From IMG/VR virus record IMGVR_UViG_3300025132_000023, positions 32,168 through 96,167 of that record: 64,000 nt of DNA; one strand, given 5' to 3'. Below are positions 61,885 to 64,000 of this stretch, piece by piece. The DNA is from a virus. The position numbers and the translations under genes are program-made. Position 1 is the stretch's first letter. Every line of letters starts with the position of its first letter. The notes beneath the pieces were generated by a model. That model was not told where the DNA came from. It worked only from the letters and a program-made list of their open reading frames with translations, and ran no database searches.

Positions 61885-62104
61885 GACTAAGTTTTTAGTA
61901 TTTGATGTAAACAATGGCCCCAAGACGGTGGTTGATAGTTTAAATGTTGAGGGAGAAGCCGGATGGCAACTAGCCTCTATAATAGCAGTAGGTGATGGAA
62001 ATCATCTTGTGGCTTTCTTAACCAAGTCATGGGAAGATAGCATAGTTAATCCAGAAGAAGATAAGAAAAAGAGTATTTCTAAGTTATGGGGTAGTTCAGA
62101 ATGA
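61874..62104 (+). CDS. Small hypothetical protein (DUF4177-like)
   Basis: LNVEGEAGWQL motif. Confidence 0.55.
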   Translation: MKHKTKFLVFDVNNGPKTVVDSLNVEGEAGWQLASIIAVGDGNHLVAFLTKSWEDSIVNPEEDKKKSISKLWGSSE

Positions 62105-62697
62105 GTGATGTAATGGCCCTTGATATTGAAACTAAGAACTATTCTTATGATATTGGCGGGTGGGATAATACCCATATGTTTCAAGTGTCTACTGTATGCA
62201 CATGGGATGGAGATAAAGGAACCATCTATATTGATAAAGCAGTAGATGACTTAAAGAAAGGTAACATAGATGTTAAGCCTATATCTCAACTTAAGTTTGA
62301 TTTAGATGACCACCTTGAAAAGGGTGGTAAGTTGCTAGGACATAACATTGCAGGATTTGATTTACCTGTATTAAGAGATGCACTTGATATATATTGTATA
62401 CAAAAGTATTTAAATAAAAGAGCATATATTGATACTAGCCGAGAGATAACTAAAATTGCAGGTGAAAGATATAGCCTTAACAATTTAGTATCTCACACAC
62501 TCGATGAATCCAAAATAATGGATAGCGCAGATGCACCTAAGGTCTGGAAAGCAGGGGGATATTCAGAAGTTGCTGAATATTGCTTAAAGGATTGTCAGTT
62601 GGTTTATGACCTATGGCAGAAGGGTGTAACTGAAAACGTTGTTAAAGGATTTTCAAACGAGAAAGAAGAAGAAGTAATAATGGAAGTGAATTGGTAA
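62101..62697 (+). CDS. DEDD/RNase H-like 3'-5' exonuclease
   Basis: LDIET, GHNIAGFDLP, YCLKD. Confidence 0.85.
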   Translation: MSDVMALDIETKNYSYDIGGWDNTHMFQVSTVCTWDGDKGTIYIDKAVDDLKKGNIDVKPISQLKFDLDDHLEKGGKLLGHNIAGFDLPVLRDALDIYCIQKYLNKRAYIDTSREITKIAGERYSLNNLVSHTLDESKIMDSADAPKVWKAGGYSEVAEYCLKDCQLVYDLWQKGVTENVVKGFSNEKEEEVIMEVNW

Positions 62698-62855
62698 TGG
62701 TGTCAACAATAGAAGCCGTGCTATGGGTAGTATTTATCCTTGGAGTTAGCCTGTTATTCTTCGCTGCGTTTGGTTCAGATAGAGTATCGAATCAAACCAT
62801 CGAAGAATACATGGATAATCTAATAACTGAGGAAAGTGGAATCCGTGGCCCTTAG
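62697..62855 (+). CDS. Small single-TM protein (not in ORF track)
   Basis: MVSTIEAVLWVVFILGVSLLFFAAFG..., translated by hand. Confidence 0.6.
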   Translation: MVSTIEAVLWVVFILGVSLLFFAAFGSDRVSNQTIEEYMDNLITEESGIRGP

Positions 62856-63006
62856 AGAACAATGCCCGTCTTGTGGTGTTGAAACAATCCCTAGAAGGAT
62901 TCTAGGGTTTTATGTGGGTTCTCCGCAAAGAGTAAAGATTTGGGAATGCCGAGAGTGTAATGCTCTTTGGTCTGAGAAAGTCTTACCCTTAGCGGAGGCT
63001 CACTAA
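62845..63006 (+). CDS. 53-aa zinc-ribbon protein (not in ORF track)
   Basis: GTG start; CPSCG...WECRECNALW. Confidence 0.6.
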   Translation: MALREQCPSCGVETIPRRILGFYVGSPQRVKIWECRECNALWSEKVLPLAEAH

Positions 63007-63007
63007 C

Positions 63008-63065
63008 TTTTTTTTGGCTTTTGAAAAATTCCAAAAGTTAATTTAGAAATAAGCCTTTTTTTGAT
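63008..63065 (+). terminator. Oligo-T archaeal-type terminator at the convergence of the two arms
   Basis: T-run immediately after the last plus-strand stop. Confidence 0.6.
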
Positions 63066-63337
63066 TCTAGGAAAATTAATTACCAGCATTAACTTGTTAT
63101 ATATTTTCCTCAGTTTTGTATCTCTTGGGGTTTTGAAACACCCCGAAAATGTGCGATTGCGGGCCTTCTGAGAGCGTTCTTTGGGTCGGTTATCCCATCA
63201 CAGCATCAGCCCCCAAATGCCGCTATTTGGCCCCTGTGGGGGAATATGCTGGACTAAAAAGTTCCGCCAATGCTTCGTCAGTTTATATATGCTCGACACC
63301 AGAACTTCTTCTTTTAACACTTGTTCTTAACAAACTA

Positions 63338-63634
63338 TTACATCCAATCAGGTCTAGTAGGCCAATTAGCCCATGCTTCTGCTGTTGTATCATACTCTGT
63401 AATATCTAATAAAGCCTGTCTATATGTGGCTAACTCAGTTTGTTGTGTTGTGGTTAATGTATTGTAAAACAGAATGCCTTGATACTTATCTGCCATCTTT
63501 AACCTACCATTTCTTTTCGCTCTTAGTTCTTCCCAGTTAAATTCTTCTTGTGTATCTGGGTTATATAATTCATGGCCGGGGCCAACATTGTAACTTACTG
63601 TTACATTTGGGTTTACATATTCTTCTTCTGTCAT
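63338..63634 (-). CDS. Tail fibre assembly/chaperone-like protein
   Basis: LRAKRNGRL...D...YRQALLDI...WPTRP pattern. Confidence 0.7.
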   Translation of the reverse strand: MTEEEYVNPNVTVSYNVGPGHELYNPDTQEEFNWEELRAKRNGRLKMADKYQGILFYNTLTTTQQTELATYRQALLDITEYDTTAEAWANWPTRPDWM

Positions 63635-63642
63635 TTAATCAC

Positions 63643-64000
63643 CTAAATATCATGGCTATAATAAATATCTACTATCACATCACCCATGTCTACTCCACCA
63701 GATTCTCTTCTTATTGCCATAATGTCACCTGCGTTATAGGATGCGTTTAGACCTGTTACTGTGTAATAATGTGCTGTTGAGTTTGCATTCTCTGAGTTCT
63801 GTCTTGTGAAGTCACTTGCATCAAGGCTGATATTAGTCAATGTTCCTGCACCTGCATCCCCATTTGCGAATATCCTCCAAACCTGTGCGGTTGTTCCACT
63901 AAGAACAACACCGCTTGTTCTGAATTGAACGGCTCTAATTGTAATATCTGTTGGTATTACGATGTTTCCATACCCCGCTTCGTTATCATCAAAGGTAAGT
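63643..64000 (-). CDS. C-terminus of a probable tail fibre/structural protein entering from the right edge
   Basis: Beta-rich frame appears to continue past the ORF-track start; adjacent to the chaperone gene. Confidence 0.55.
   Translation of the reverse strand, partial: LTFDDNEAGYGNIVIPTDITIRAVQFRTSGVVLSGTTAQVWRIFANGDAGAGTLTNISLDASDFTRQNSENANSTAHYYTVTGLNASYNAGDIMAIRRESGGVDMGDVIVDIYYSHDI

Overview
This 64 kb window is a segment of a tailed dsDNA virus genome (Caudoviricetes) infecting an archaeon. Gene content (archaeal-type PolB, PCNA, RFC, AEP primase, ATP ligase, TFB, class II RNR), low GC and GGTGA/GGAGG ribosome-binding sites best fit a magrovirus of Marine Group II/Poseidoniales; the host is inferred. 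(1) Positions 1-23.9 kb, minus strand: packaging/head arm with terminase large subunit, a LAGLIDADG-fusion gene, portal, and about 22 mostly unknown proteins sharing an N-terminal W-x-x-[ILVA]-[LIVF]-K motif. (2) Positions 24.3-30.3 kb, the divergent strand switch: a largely non-coding region cut into cassettes by 13 copies of the palindrome ACCATATGGT. Six cassettes each hold a convergent pair of long hairpins displaying a conserved unpaired RRYCTAARYG motif (12 elements). Four others are inverted-repeat-flanked expression units with a shared promoter, carrying two paralogous proteins, a micro-ORF operon and an ORF-less putative ncRNA. (3) Positions 30.3-63.0 kb, plus strand: tRNA-Leu, nucleotide metabolism, host-takeover and replication genes, including a ubiquitin-like protein, E1, putative E2 and JAB protease, TFB, two histone-fold proteins and a split PolB. 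Tail-related genes enter on the minus strand at the right edge. The strongest candidates for undescribed systems are the palindrome/hairpin cassette array, the viral ubiquitin-like conjugation set and the shared N-terminal targeting motif. All calls come from motif reading only; no searches were run.
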